Of a DNA stretch of 44,288 nt, positions 27,901-37,325 are shown piece by piece (positions within the stretch are counted from its first letter, which is position 1; each line of letters begins with the position of its first letter). The translations under genes were made by a program, and so were the position numbers. This DNA is from a virus (taxonomy: Duplodnaviria > Caudoviricetes). The notes under the pieces are model-generated. The model ran no database searches. It saw only the letters and a program-made list of their open reading frames with translations, and was not told where the DNA came from. The stretch spans positions 1 to 44,288 of the IMG/VR virus record IMGVR_UViG_3300032332_000835; one strand, 5' to 3'.

Positions 27901-27915
27901 TTTGAGTTTTTTATT

Positions 27916-28926
27916 ATGAGTGTAGTGATCGATAGGAGTTTTCTCCTCCAACTTTCACCTAAGTTGCACAGATTCTCCCGCAAAAAGGATGACCTATACA
28001 ATTTCAGGTGCCCGCTCTGTGGCGACTCACAGAAAAATAAAACAAAATCTCGCGGTTATGTTTATCGAAAAAAGAATGACTATTTCTATATGTGTCATAA
28101 TTGTGGCGTTAGTACTTCTTTTTTCAACTTTCTTAAAAGACTTGATGAAAATCTTGCAAAAGAGTATTCACTAGAAAGATATAAAAATGGTGATGACGGT
28201 ACACATAATTATACGAAACCAACATTTGATGAATTTAAATCGGCAAAACCCGTATTCAAAGAATCGTTAAACCTTCCTACAATCGAATCTTTACAGGAAG
28301 AACATTTCGCCAAAAAATATGTAGTTTCCAGAAAAATACCTAAAGATTGTCATAGTGAACTTTATTATGCAGAAGATTATAAAAAGTTTCTATCTTCACT
28401 TGGAATTGAAAAAGATTTATATGATGGTGAACAAAGACTCGTTATTCCTTTTTACGATAAAGATAAAAAACTAATTGCAGTACAAGGCAGAGCATTAGGA
28501 AAATCTAAAATCAGATACATAACCGCAAAACTGCATGATGACAATAAAAAAATATTTGGTTTGGATAAAATAGACGAAAATGAAAAAATATATGTTGTCG
28601 AAGGTCCTATTGATTCAATGTTTATAAAAAATGCAGTTGCAATGGCCGATTCGCATTTGGAAGGAATAACAGAAATATATGATCGTTCGCAAGTTGTATT
28701 AATATTTGATAATGAACCTAGAAATGTTGAAATTGTAAATAAAATTGAACACGCTATTGATAATCATTTTAATGTGGTAATTTGGCCGCCAATGGTTGAA
28801 GAAAAAGATATTAATGATATGATATTGGCCGGTTTCTCGCAAGATGAGATATTGGATTTTATAGATAAGAATACTTTCGTAAATTTGAGAGCAAAAATGG
28901 AGTTTATAAATTGGAAAAAAGTTTGA
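27916..28926 (+). CDS. 61: DNA primase, T4 gp61-like
   Basis: Zn finger RCPLCGDS..CHNCG; TOPRIM VVEGPIDS, FDNEPRN and KDINDM. Confidence 0.95.
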   Translation: MSVVIDRSFLLQLSPKLHRFSRKKDDLYNFRCPLCGDSQKNKTKSRGYVYRKKNDYFYMCHNCGVSTSFFNFLKRLDENLAKEYSLERYKNGDDGTHNYTKPTFDEFKSAKPVFKESLNLPTIESLQEEHFAKKYVVSRKIPKDCHSELYYAEDYKKFLSSLGIEKDLYDGEQRLVIPFYDKDKKLIAVQGRALGKSKIRYITAKLHDDNKKIFGLDKIDENEKIYVVEGPIDSMFIKNAVAMADSHLEGITEIYDRSQVVLIFDNEPRNVEIVNKIEHAIDNHFNVVIWPPMVEEKDINDMILAGFSQDEILDFIDKNTFVNLRAKMEFINWKKV

Positions 28927-29573
28927 ATGTTAAATTGGTATCTTATTCGCAAAATGCCCAAAATATGTATATGTCTCTCATGGAACAAGTGGCATATGCA
29001 GCTAGGGTTTCTAATCCAGCAAATCAAAACAATTCAGAAACATCAGAAAAGTTAGTACGTTATCTAATACGAAACCAACACTGGTCGCCTTTGGAAATGG
29101 TTTCCGTCTGTCTGGAGATTCAAACGACAAGAGACATTGCTAGGCAGATTCTTCGCCATAGGTCGTTCTCCTTCCAAGAATTTAGTCAACGATATGCACT
29201 TGCTAATCTAGGATGCGAATTCAAAGAGACTCGATTGCAGGATACAAAGAATCGCCAAAACAGTATTGAGACTGAAGATCGATCACTTGCAAATGATTGG
29301 CAAGAAGCACAACAAAGAGTTTTAATTACAGCTCAACGTGAATATGAATGGGCTATCGCAAATGGTATTGCAAAAGAACAAGCACGCGCTGTTCTACCAG
29401 AGGGACTTACTTTATCTAGAATGTATATGAACGGAACTTTACGTTCTTGGGTTCACTATATACAACTACGTTCAGCGAACGGAACACAAAAAGAACATCG
29501 TCAAATTGCATTGGAATGTGCCGATGTAATTAGTGAGATTTTTCCAATGATTAAGGAGTTTACAAATGTATGA
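28923..29573 (+). CDS. thyX: Flavin-dependent thymidylate synthase
   Basis: ARVS, HWSPLE, RHRSFSFQEFSQRY, EQARAVLP and TQKEH. TTG start assumed. Confidence 0.95.
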   Translation: MNVKLVSYSQNAQNMYMSLMEQVAYAARVSNPANQNNSETSEKLVRYLIRNQHWSPLEMVSVCLEIQTTRDIARQILRHRSFSFQEFSQRYALANLGCEFKETRLQDTKNRQNSIETEDRSLANDWQEAQQRVLITAQREYEWAIANGIAKEQARAVLPEGLTLSRMYMNGTLRSWVHYIQLRSANGTQKEHRQIALECADVISEIFPMIKEFTNV

Positions 29574-29913
29574 TGATGTTGTAAAATTTATTGAAGCTTG
29601 TGATCAAGAAAAAAATTTAAAAAATATTGCATTATATGCAAATTTAATTACTGAAGAGTATAAAGAATTTATTGAATCTTGTAATAATGTGAATGATGTT
29701 GAATCATTAGATGCTTGTATGGACATGATTTGGGTTATACTTGGATTTTGTTATATGAAAGGATATGATGTTGAAGGTGCATGGAAAGAAGTGTCTAGGA
29801 GTAACTTGGCAAAAATTAATCCAGTAACGGGTAAAGTGAATAAAAGATCGGATGGCAAAGTGTTAAAACCTGCCGGTTGGACACCTCCACAATTGGGGCA
29901 ATTTGTAAAATAA
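29566..29913 (+). CDS. MazG-like/all-alpha NTP pyrophosphohydrolase
   Basis: LITEEYKE, DACMD, EVSRSNLAK and DGKVLKP. Confidence 0.85.
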   Translation: MYDDVVKFIEACDQEKNLKNIALYANLITEEYKEFIESCNNVNDVESLDACMDMIWVILGFCYMKGYDVEGAWKEVSRSNLAKINPVTGKVNKRSDGKVLKPAGWTPPQLGQFVK

Positions 29914-29927
29914 TAAAGGACCACAAA

Positions 29928-31745
29928 ATGACACCAGGAATAGTACATGGAATTAAAGTCGATTATTCTAGAGATATTTTATTTGATGATTTAGGAATTA
30001 AACGATTACAAGAATCGTACATGAGAGAAGATGAGGCTTCACCACAAGAGAGATTTGCATATGTTAGTAAAACTTTTGGATCTAATCAAGAACATTCTCA
30101 ACGTTTGTATGATTACAGTAGCAAGCATTGGCTTAGTTATTCTACTCCCATTCTTAGTTTCGGGCGCTCTAAGCGTGGGCTTCCTATCTCATGTTTCCTT
30201 AATTTCATTGAAGACACTGCGGAGGGATTAGTTGACAACCTTTCTGAAACCAATTGGCTTTCTATGCTTGGTGGTGGTGTGGGTATCGGTTTTGGTATTC
30301 GCTCGGCTGATGATAAGTCTACGGGAGTTATGCCGCACCTTAAAATGTATGACGCATCATCTCTCGCTTATAGACAAGGTAGGACTCGCCGTGGTAGTTA
30401 TGCTGCATATCTTGATATTAGCCACCCTGATATTATCTCCTTCTTAGAGATGAGAAAACCAACGGGTGATCCTAATGTCCGTTGTCTTAATCTACATCAT
30501 GGGATTAATATCACGGATGATTTCATGCAAATCATCGAAAAGTGTATGGTTGATCCTACAGTAGACGATTCTTGGAATTTAGTTGATCCTTTTTCCCGTG
30601 TAGTGCGTGAAACTGTCTCCGCCAAGCATCTATGGCAAATGATTCTTGAACTTCGGATGCATACTGGTGAACCATATCTACATTTCATCGATACTAGCAA
30701 TCGTGCTATGCCACAATTTCTAAAGGACCAAGGTTTGAAGATTATGCAATCGAATCTTTGTTCCGAGATTATCCTACCAACCAATGAAGAAAGGACAGCG
30801 GTATGTTGTCTTTCTTCCGTTAATCTGGAGTATTATGATGAATGGAAGAATGACCCACTTTTTCTACAGGACATTGCCGAAATGTTGGACAACGTGTTGG
30901 AATACTTTATTAGCAATGCTCCAACTTCTATATCTCGCGCTATTTATTCTGCCAGTAATGAGCGGTCTATTGGTATTGGAGCTTTGGGATTTCATGCTTA
31001 CTTACAGCAAAAAGGTATTCCGTTCGAAGGAGTAATGGCAAAAATTTGGAATAAAGATATATTTAAAAATATAAGGAAAAAATTAGATGAAGCAAATCTT
31101 AAATTGGGCAAAGAAAGAGGTGAAGCTCCTGATGCCTTTGGCACTGGTTTGCGGTTCAGTCATCTTATGGCCATTGCTCCTAATGCTTCTTCCTCCATCA
31201 TTATGGGCAATACTAGTCCTTCTATTGAGCCTTATCGGGCTAATGCTTATAGGCAAGATACTCTTTCAGGGTCGTTTTTAAACAAGAACAAATATTTGGA
31301 TAAAATTATCCAAAAACATTTGCAATATGGAGATGATAATGCTTCAATTAGTGGTGATGAATATCAAGAAATCTGGCGTTCGATTATTGCAAACGATGGT
31401 TCAGTTCAACACATCGATTGGATGGATGAAAAAGATAAAGCAGTATTTAAAACTTCGATGGAAATTGACCAGCGTTGGGTAATTGAACATGCAGCTGATC
31501 GTCAACAATATATTGATCAAGCACAATCTTTGAATGTGTTCTTTAGACCTGATTCGCATATTAAATATATCCATGCCATACATTTTATGGCATGGAAGAA
31601 AGGTGTGAAGACTCTTTATTACTGCCGTTCAGAAAAACTTGCAAAAGCGGATAAAGTTTCTAAGAAGATTGAACGTCAAGTAATCAAAGAACTTGATATG
31701 TCTGCATTGGCACAGGGTAACGATTGTATAGCTTGCGAGGGATAA
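29928..31745 (+). CDS. nrdA: Ribonucleotide reductase class I alpha subunit (no ATP cone)
   Basis: ISCFL, GGGVG, QSNLCSE, APNASSS, LYYCR and C-terminal CIAC. Confidence 0.96.
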   Translation: MTPGIVHGIKVDYSRDILFDDLGIKRLQESYMREDEASPQERFAYVSKTFGSNQEHSQRLYDYSSKHWLSYSTPILSFGRSKRGLPISCFLNFIEDTAEGLVDNLSETNWLSMLGGGVGIGFGIRSADDKSTGVMPHLKMYDASSLAYRQGRTRRGSYAAYLDISHPDIISFLEMRKPTGDPNVRCLNLHHGINITDDFMQIIEKCMVDPTVDDSWNLVDPFSRVVRETVSAKHLWQMILELRMHTGEPYLHFIDTSNRAMPQFLKDQGLKIMQSNLCSEIILPTNEERTAVCCLSSVNLEYYDEWKNDPLFLQDIAEMLDNVLEYFISNAPTSISRAIYSASNERSIGIGALGFHAYLQQKGIPFEGVMAKIWNKDIFKNIRKKLDEANLKLGKERGEAPDAFGTGLRFSHLMAIAPNASSSIIMGNTSPSIEPYRANAYRQDTLSGSFLNKNKYLDKIIQKHLQYGDDNASISGDEYQEIWRSIIANDGSVQHIDWMDEKDKAVFKTSMEIDQRWVIEHAADRQQYIDQAQSLNVFFRPDSHIKYIHAIHFMAWKKGVKTLYYCRSEKLAKADKVSKKIERQVIKELDMSALAQGNDCIACEG

Positions 31746-31746
31746 A

Positions 31747-31836
31747 TTGAATAATGCTTTTCTTTGGTGGTTATTTCGAATAGTCGAAATGATCACCTGC
31801 ATACATATTATAATAAATGTCTGGCGTCAATGGTAA
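31747..31836 (+). CDS. 29-aa hydrophobic peptide (not in the ORF track)
   Basis: TTG start after GAGGG; translates MNNAFLWWLFRIVEMITCIHIIINVWRQW and fills the intergenic gap. Confidence 0.5.
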   Translation: MNNAFLWWLFRIVEMITCIHIIINVWRQW

Positions 31837-31845
31837 AGGAGCAAG

Positions 31846-32598
31846 ATGCATTACAAATCAATCTTCATATCTGATGTTCATTTGGGTTCTAAAGAATGTA
31901 AGGCTGATAGATTGAATAATTTTCTAAAAGAAAATAGTTGTGATACTTTATATCTTGTTGGTGATATCATTGATGGGTGGAAAATACAGCAAAACAAATT
32001 ATATTGGAAACAAAGTCACTCTAATGTAATTCGTAGATTTTTAAACTATAGCAAAGATGGAAGTAAAGTAATTTATATTGCTGGTAATCATGATGAATTT
32101 CTAAGACCATTTATGCAATATAAACTTGCATTTGGTCGTATTGAAATTCATAACCAATATGAACATATTGGCGTTGATGGAAAAAGGTATCTCGTAACCC
32201 ATGGTGATTTATTTGACGGAATTACTAGACTTGCGCCTTGGTTAGCATTTCTTGGAGATAAAGCATATGACTTTATTTTATCGCTTAATAGCAAATACAA
32301 TTGGATACGTCATCGTTTTGGTTTTGGGTACTTTAGTCTTAGCAAATACCTTAAACACAGAGTAAAGAAAGCGGTAGATTTTATTTTTCAGTTTGAAAAA
32401 AATCTAGCTGAATATTGTAAAAAACGTGGATTTGATGGAGTTATCTGTGGTCACATTCATCATGCCGAAATTAAAAATATAGATGGTATAATTTATATGA
32501 ACGATGGTGACTGGGTGGAATCATGCACCTCTTTAGTTGAACATTGTGATGGCCGCTGGGAAATTGTAACATGGTACTCTCAAGAGATTGATAAATGA
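31846..32598 (+). CDS. plcP: PlcP-like Mn-dependent phospholipase C (LpxH/calcineurin-like metallophosphoesterase)
   Basis: ISDVHLG, LVGDIIDGW, GNHDE, HGDLFD, WLAFLGDKAYD, SLSKYLK..VKKAV, CGHIH and NDGDWVESCT; RBS AAGGAG. Confidence 0.75.
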   Translation: MHYKSIFISDVHLGSKECKADRLNNFLKENSCDTLYLVGDIIDGWKIQQNKLYWKQSHSNVIRRFLNYSKDGSKVIYIAGNHDEFLRPFMQYKLAFGRIEIHNQYEHIGVDGKRYLVTHGDLFDGITRLAPWLAFLGDKAYDFILSLNSKYNWIRHRFGFGYFSLSKYLKHRVKKAVDFIFQFEKNLAEYCKKRGFDGVICGHIHHAEIKNIDGIIYMNDGDWVESCTSLVEHCDGRWEIVTWYSQEIDK

Positions 32599-33182
32599 AT
32601 TTAGTATCCGATTCTAATGTCATAGACAATATAGATGACAATGATATTTGGGTTATTGACAAATTTATACTATCTAAAAGATTGGGATATATCTGTGGAC
32701 CTGCTGGCATTCTTCCTAAAGAAGAAGGTAGATATATTGTTCGTCCATGTGTAAATATCAGAATGATGTCCGCTGGTGCTAAATTTATGCATCTAAACAC
32801 AACCAATGATGTGATACCAGATGGTTTTTTCTGGTGTGAAATATTTCAGGGACGGCATAGAAGCTTCGATTATAATTGGGGGCAACAAAAATTGGCGGTA
32901 GAAGGATTTAGAGATGATCCTAATAGATTGGATCGATTTAGTCGTTGGTGTAGAATCGATGATAAATTTAATTTACCTTCTATCATACAAGAAATGTCCA
33001 ATAGATATGAATGGTTGAATGTTGAAACTATCGGAGATAAAATCATTGAAATTCATTTTCGTTATAATGATGATTTTTCCAATCATAATGCTCACACCAT
33101 TGTTCCAATTTGGAAAGAAGAATTTTATGACAACCCGTCCGGAGATAGATTAGGATTTTTATTGAAAGATATAAAATCTTAA
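32595..33182 (+). CDS. Conserved phage hypothetical protein, possible degenerate ATP-grasp fold
   Basis: LGYICGPAG, YIVRPCVN, FWCEIFQG, NVETIGDKIIEIHFRYN (compare ATP-grasp ExNxR). Confidence 0.5.
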   Translation: MNLVSDSNVIDNIDDNDIWVIDKFILSKRLGYICGPAGILPKEEGRYIVRPCVNIRMMSAGAKFMHLNTTNDVIPDGFFWCEIFQGRHRSFDYNWGQQKLAVEGFRDDPNRLDRFSRWCRIDDKFNLPSIIQEMSNRYEWLNVETIGDKIIEIHFRYNDDFSNHNAHTIVPIWKEEFYDNPSGDRLGFLLKDIKS

Positions 33183-33203
33183 CATATAGTAAAGGAGACT
33201 CTG

Positions 33204-33377
33204 ATGTGGTTACTACTATTAATAGCAGTACATTCAACAAATCCAAATGATATACCAGGAAGAGTATCTTTAGAATTTGAAACTAAAGAATCGTGTGAAC
33301 ACAGTTTAAGTACTTTAAAATATTGGCTAAAATTCGACACTTTTAAGGTAGAAGGTAAATGCGTAAAAAAATCTTAA
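33204..33377 (+). CDS. 57-aa putative exported protein with two Cys (not in the ORF track)
   Basis: RBS AAGGAG; MWLLLLIAVHSTNPNDIPGRV..SCE..GKCVKKS. Confidence 0.65.
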   Translation: MWLLLLIAVHSTNPNDIPGRVSLEFETKESCEHSLSTLKYWLKFDTFKVEGKCVKKS

Positions 33378-34360
33378 TAGTCACAGACAATTTAAAGGAC
33401 CAAATAAATGGAGTTGTCGAGACTTTTAAAAATATTGAAATATGCGCTAATTATGATGGGTACGATTTTGTTTATATTGATCCCGGGCAGTTCTCTTATA
33501 TTAATTGTCCTGGTTATGCTGAAGTTAAAATCGCTTGGCCTAGAGGAATCGGAAAAAGTATTGAAGAGATTAATCCAGATCACATTCACATTGCTACGGA
33601 AGGGCCCGTAGGGTTAGCAGCAAGAATTTGGTGTGATAGAAATGGATACTTCTACAATACAAGTTACCATACAAAATTTCCAGAATTCTTATATACAATA
33701 TATAAAATACCTGCTAATTTAACATATCGATACGTCAGGTGGTTCCACAAACATTCCGGTAAAGTTTTGACTAGTACCAATTCTATGGTACAAGAATTAA
33801 AATCTAGAGGATTTAGAAGTGATATAATAACTTGGACTAGAGGCGTTGATAGAAATGTTTTGAAACCCACAATCGAACATAAAAAAAATGAAATACCAGT
33901 AGTTTTATATGTGGGTAGAGTATCTAAGGAAAAAAATCTTGAAAATCTCTGTACACTTCAAGATTATTATGATATTATTATTGTTGGTGATGGACCTTAT
34001 AGAAAAGAATTAGAAAATCGGTTTATTAAAGTAAAATTCGTTGGATATAAAAAAGGGACTGAATTGGCAAATTATTATAAGAGTGCTGATGTATTTTGTT
34101 TTCCTAGCAAAAACGATACATTTGGTATAGTAATGATAGAATCTCTAAGTGTTGGCACTCCTGTCGCAGCATATAATGTCACAGGACCCAAAGATATTAT
34201 ATACAATGGTGTAAATGGAAATATCGGTGAAAGTTTATTGTTCTCGATAAATAAATGTCTCATTCTAGATAGAAAAGAAGTCGAGAAGTCTTCAGAACAA
34301 TGGACATGGGAAAATTGTTGGAAAATTTTTAAAGATAATTTAATAAAAGCTAAAGGATAA
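33359..34360 (+). CDS. GT4 glycosyltransferase, Agt-like (glucosyl/glucuronosyl-diacylglycerol synthase)
   Basis: ILIVTD..QINGVV, PDHIHIATEGPVG, SYHTKFPE, RGVD, YVGRVSKEKN and DTFGIVMIE. Confidence 0.8.
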   Translation: MRKKILIVTDNLKDQINGVVETFKNIEICANYDGYDFVYIDPGQFSYINCPGYAEVKIAWPRGIGKSIEEINPDHIHIATEGPVGLAARIWCDRNGYFYNTSYHTKFPEFLYTIYKIPANLTYRYVRWFHKHSGKVLTSTNSMVQELKSRGFRSDIITWTRGVDRNVLKPTIEHKKNEIPVVLYVGRVSKEKNLENLCTLQDYYDIIIVGDGPYRKELENRFIKVKFVGYKKGTELANYYKSADVFCFPSKNDTFGIVMIESLSVGTPVAAYNVTGPKDIIYNGVNGNIGESLLFSINKCLILDRKEVEKSSEQWTWENCWKIFKDNLIKAKG

Positions 34361-34361
34361 A

Positions 34362-35339
34362 ATGAACAAGAATAATTTAACTGACGATAGGACGCATTTT
34401 AAACCTTTCAATTACCCGTGGGCATATGATGCTTGGTTGAAACATGAACAGTCACATTGGTTGCATACAGAAGTTCCAATGTTGGATGATGTAAAAGATT
34501 GGAAGAAACAATTAACAAAGGAAGAAAAAGAATTTTTGACGCACATTTTCAGGTTCTTCACTCAAGGTGACATTGACGTTGCCGGCGGATATGTTCGCAA
34601 TTATCTTCCATATTTTCCTCAACCTGAAGTGCGTATGATGCTTCTTGGGTTTTCAGCTCGAGAAGCATTACATATTGCTGCATATTCACATTTAATTGAA
34701 ACACTTGGACTTCCGTCTACAACATATAATCAGTTTTTAGAATACCAAGCGATGAAAGACAAACATGATTATATCTTAGACATTTCATCGAAGAACACAA
34801 GTAAAGAGAATACTGCCACACACATTGCTGTATTCTCTGCTTTCACCGAAGGTATGCAATTGTTTAGTTCGTTCATTATGTTACTTAATTTCCCCAGACA
34901 TGGAAAGATGCGTGGCATGGGGCAGATCATTACCTGGTCGATTGTGGATGAGACCATGCACGCCGAAAATATGATCAAACTATTCAGAACTTATATTGAA
35001 GAAAATAAAGAGATTTGGAATGATTCATTAAAATCTAGAATATATACAATTGCTGAAAAGATGGTCGAGTTAGAAGATAAATTTATTGATTTGGCTTTTA
35101 ATATGAATAAGATGGAAAACTTGACTAGCGAGGATGTTAAAACTTATATTCGATATATTACAGATCGTCGTTTAATTTCATTAGGATTAAAAGGCATTTT
35201 CAAAATAAAGAAAAACCCATTACCATGGGTAGAAGAAATGATTAACGCACCAACACATACAAACTTCTTCGAAAATCGTGCCACAGATTATGCAAAAGGC
35301 GCATTAGGAGGAGATTGGTCTGATGTTTGGGCCCATTAA
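34362..35339 (+). CDS. nrdB: Ribonucleotide reductase class I beta subunit
   Basis: FFTQGD, EALH..AY, TEGMQLFSSF, DETMH and NFFENRATDY. Confidence 0.96.
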   Translation: MNKNNLTDDRTHFKPFNYPWAYDAWLKHEQSHWLHTEVPMLDDVKDWKKQLTKEEKEFLTHIFRFFTQGDIDVAGGYVRNYLPYFPQPEVRMMLLGFSAREALHIAAYSHLIETLGLPSTTYNQFLEYQAMKDKHDYILDISSKNTSKENTATHIAVFSAFTEGMQLFSSFIMLLNFPRHGKMRGMGQIITWSIVDETMHAENMIKLFRTYIEENKEIWNDSLKSRIYTIAEKMVELEDKFIDLAFNMNKMENLTSEDVKTYIRYITDRRLISLGLKGIFKIKKNPLPWVEEMINAPTHTNFFENRATDYAKGALGGDWSDVWAH

Positions 35340-35350
35340 AAGGAATTAAT

Positions 35351-35539
35351 ATGACAATCAAAGTTGTAACAGCAGAATGTGGAAATTGCGAGTCCACATA
35401 TTCCGTAGAATATTCTGAAGAATTAGTTTCACAAGAATATCCAGAACATTGTCCATTTTGTGGTGAAGTCATTGATGAATTGACTGAAGAAAGTGAATTG
35501 GACGAAGATGACGATGATTCAGAAGAAGAAGATTGGTAA
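35351..35539 (+). CDS. Small zinc-ribbon protein with acidic tail
   Basis: CGNC ... CPFCG; RBS AAGGA. Confidence 0.75.
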   Translation: MTIKVVTAECGNCESTYSVEYSEELVSQEYPEHCPFCGEVIDELTEESELDEDDDDSEEEDW

Positions 35540-35967
35540 ATTGGTTATTTAATGATGAATTATTTGATGAAACAAAAATTGAAGATAATTATGGGTTTGT
35601 TTACGAAATCACTAACTTAGAAACCAATAGAAAATATATTGGTAAAAAATTATTCTATTTTTCCAAGACTAAACAAGTCAAAGGTAAAAAGAAAAGAATA
35701 AAAGTTTCAAGTGATTGGCAAACATATTATGGTTCAAATGAAGAATTGCAAAAAGATGTAAAATCTTTAGGTGAGGATAAGTTCAAACGTGAAATATTGC
35801 ATTTATGTAAATCTAAAGGTGAATGTAGTTATCTTGAAGCTAAAGAACAGTTTGTTAATTTAGTTTTAGAAAAAGATGATTATTATAATAGCTGGATTAT
35901 GATAAGAATTAGAAAAACACATATTAAGGAATATAATGTTAGAAATTCTCAGAACACTGAAAAATGA
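35533..35967 (+). CDS. GIY-YIG endonuclease (DenA/EndoII-like)
   Basis: GFVYEITN..RKYIGKK, YYGS, REIL, EAKEQF and YYN. Start uncertain. Confidence 0.8.
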   Translation: MVNWLFNDELFDETKIEDNYGFVYEITNLETNRKYIGKKLFYFSKTKQVKGKKKRIKVSSDWQTYYGSNEELQKDVKSLGEDKFKREILHLCKSKGECSYLEAKEQFVNLVLEKDDYYNSWIMIRIRKTHIKEYNVRNSQNTEK

Positions 35968-36283
35968 AACTAAAGATTTTGATGTTTTAATATTTTTACC
36001 TGGCAAAAAAGAAGACTCGGTAGAAATAACTACAGCAATCTATGATGAACCTGCTGAAAAGTTAGATACTGGAAAAATGGGTGATTGTTATCAGATTTTA
36101 TTATTTAAAAAAGATGATGAAAAAATTATTCATTTAGATACATTTGATGCAATATTAACTGATTGGCTGGAATACGCTTCGGAATTGATACCGTTGAACT
36201 GGTTTGGTGTAATTTGCAAAAAAACAACAAAATCCAACAAAATGATGGAAAGTATGCTTGACCACCTGGGAAAAATGTGTTAG
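35936..36283 (+). CDS. Hypothetical protein
   Basis: RBS AAGGA; ORF packed in the operon. Confidence 0.65.
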   Translation: MLEILRTLKNETKDFDVLIFLPGKKEDSVEITTAIYDEPAEKLDTGKMGDCYQILLFKKDDEKIIHLDTFDAILTDWLEYASELIPLNWFGVICKKTTKSNKMMESMLDHLGKMC

Positions 36284-36293
36284 AATATAAATA
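36258..36293 (+). promoter_or_regulatory. Overlapping sigma70 promoter (TTGACC-17-TAGAAT) and T4 late promoter TATAAATA
   Basis: -35 at 36258, -10 at 36281, perfect TATAAATA at 36286-36293. Confidence 0.6.
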
Positions 36294-36315
36294 ATACAGA
36301 CAATAAGGTTATTTT

Positions 36316-36738
36316 ATGAAAAACATATATGAAATTTTCGATGAATTTGAGACGGTAAACACTGATAAAAAAAGAATTGAAGTACTTCGTAAAAATCATT
36401 CAGAAACATTGCTTGAGGTATTGAAACTTGCATTTCATCCTGGTTATCAATGGTTAGTTACAGAAATGCCGGACAACTATAAAGTACCGGACACATTACC
36501 TGGCGTCTCCCATGCGAGATTGTCAACAGAATTGCGTAGGTTGTATTTGTTCCAAAAAGGACACCCTATTGCAGAGAAATTAAATATTCAAAAACGAAAT
36601 GAGTTGTTAAATCAACTATTGGAGTCGCTCGAACCGCGGGAAACTGAGGTTATTATGGGCATTTTTAATAAAGATTTAGGAGTTAGGGGCTTAACGCCTA
36701 AATTTGTGAGGGATTATATTCCCAGTATTTTGACATGA
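36316..36738 (+). CDS. Conserved T4-like phage hypothetical protein
   Basis: L..ELRRLYLF..G, KRNELL.QLLESLEP.E; recalled from cyanomyovirus-like genomes. Confidence 0.7.
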   Translation: MKNIYEIFDEFETVNTDKKRIEVLRKNHSETLLEVLKLAFHPGYQWLVTEMPDNYKVPDTLPGVSHARLSTELRRLYLFQKGHPIAEKLNIQKRNELLNQLLESLEPRETEVIMGIFNKDLGVRGLTPKFVRDYIPSILT

Positions 36739-36766
36739 TTTTTTAATCTAGTATAGGAGTATTTAA

Positions 36767-36949
36767 GTGAGCAAGGTTGTTACCAAATTTCGCAAAAACA
36801 AAAATTATGAACATGAAGATGATTTCGAATTTGTCTTCAACAATAAAAAAGATAAAAAGCGAGAAATCCAGAAAAAACGGCGAATGAAATATAATGATGA
36901 TGATGGTTCTGATTACAATTACAATCAAAGCTATAGAAATCTACCTTAA
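36767..36949 (+). CDS. Small charged hypothetical protein
   Basis: RBS AGGAG before a GTG start. Confidence 0.6.
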   Translation: MSKVVTKFRKNKNYEHEDDFEFVFNNKKDKKREIQKKRRMKYNDDDGSDYNYNQSYRNLP

Positions 36950-36968
36950 TTAACTTAAAGACTATATT

Positions 36969-37304
36969 ATGATAATTCATGTGAGAAATTCCAAACGTAA
37001 AGTGAAGAACAAACCAGGATATAAAATCCTGCAACAAGAATATGAGCAATGGTTGAAGAAACATGAACCTAAAAAAGTGATTGTTTCGAAAAGCGAGTTC
37101 AAATATGACCTTTCTATTCCTCCCGGAAGAGACACTAAACATATTCCGAGTGTAAATAGTACAGGTCCTGTCGTTATGGCAAAAAAATCAGCAAAAGTTT
37201 ATACCGGCGACAAGATGTTAGGTATTGGAACGCTGCATAAATCAAATGCGGTGCCTGTTTTTTCTTCGGATGAAGCAAAAGAAATGTCTCAAATGCGTCG
37301 GTAA
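36969..37304 (+). CDS. Conserved basic hypothetical protein
   Basis: YTGDKMLGIGTLHKSNAVPVF motif, recalled from T4-like phages. Start uncertain. Confidence 0.7.
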   Translation: MIIHVRNSKRKVKNKPGYKILQQEYEQWLKKHEPKKVIVSKSEFKYDLSIPPGRDTKHIPSVNSTGPVVMAKKSAKVYTGDKMLGIGTLHKSNAVPVFSSDEAKEMSQMRR

Positions 37305-37325
37305 TAAAAAAATAAAGGAAAACAA

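Noticed and set aside
31846-32598. Annotation as LpxH (lipid A biosynthesis)
   Set aside because: It has GNHD rather than GNRD, a PlcP-type cap region and an Agt-like GT4 neighbour; no other lpx genes are present.
31740-33203. Pho box controlling the plcP/agt module
   Set aside because: No tandem 11-bp-period CTGTCAT-like repeats found; only a single weak half-site (CTTAACAT near 33178).
1-35339. Inteins or group I introns in polymerase, helicase, primase, nrdA or nrdB
   Set aside because: All are continuous ORFs of ordinary length with no intein-like insertions. The nrdA-nrdB gap holds metabolic genes rather than a homing endonuclease.
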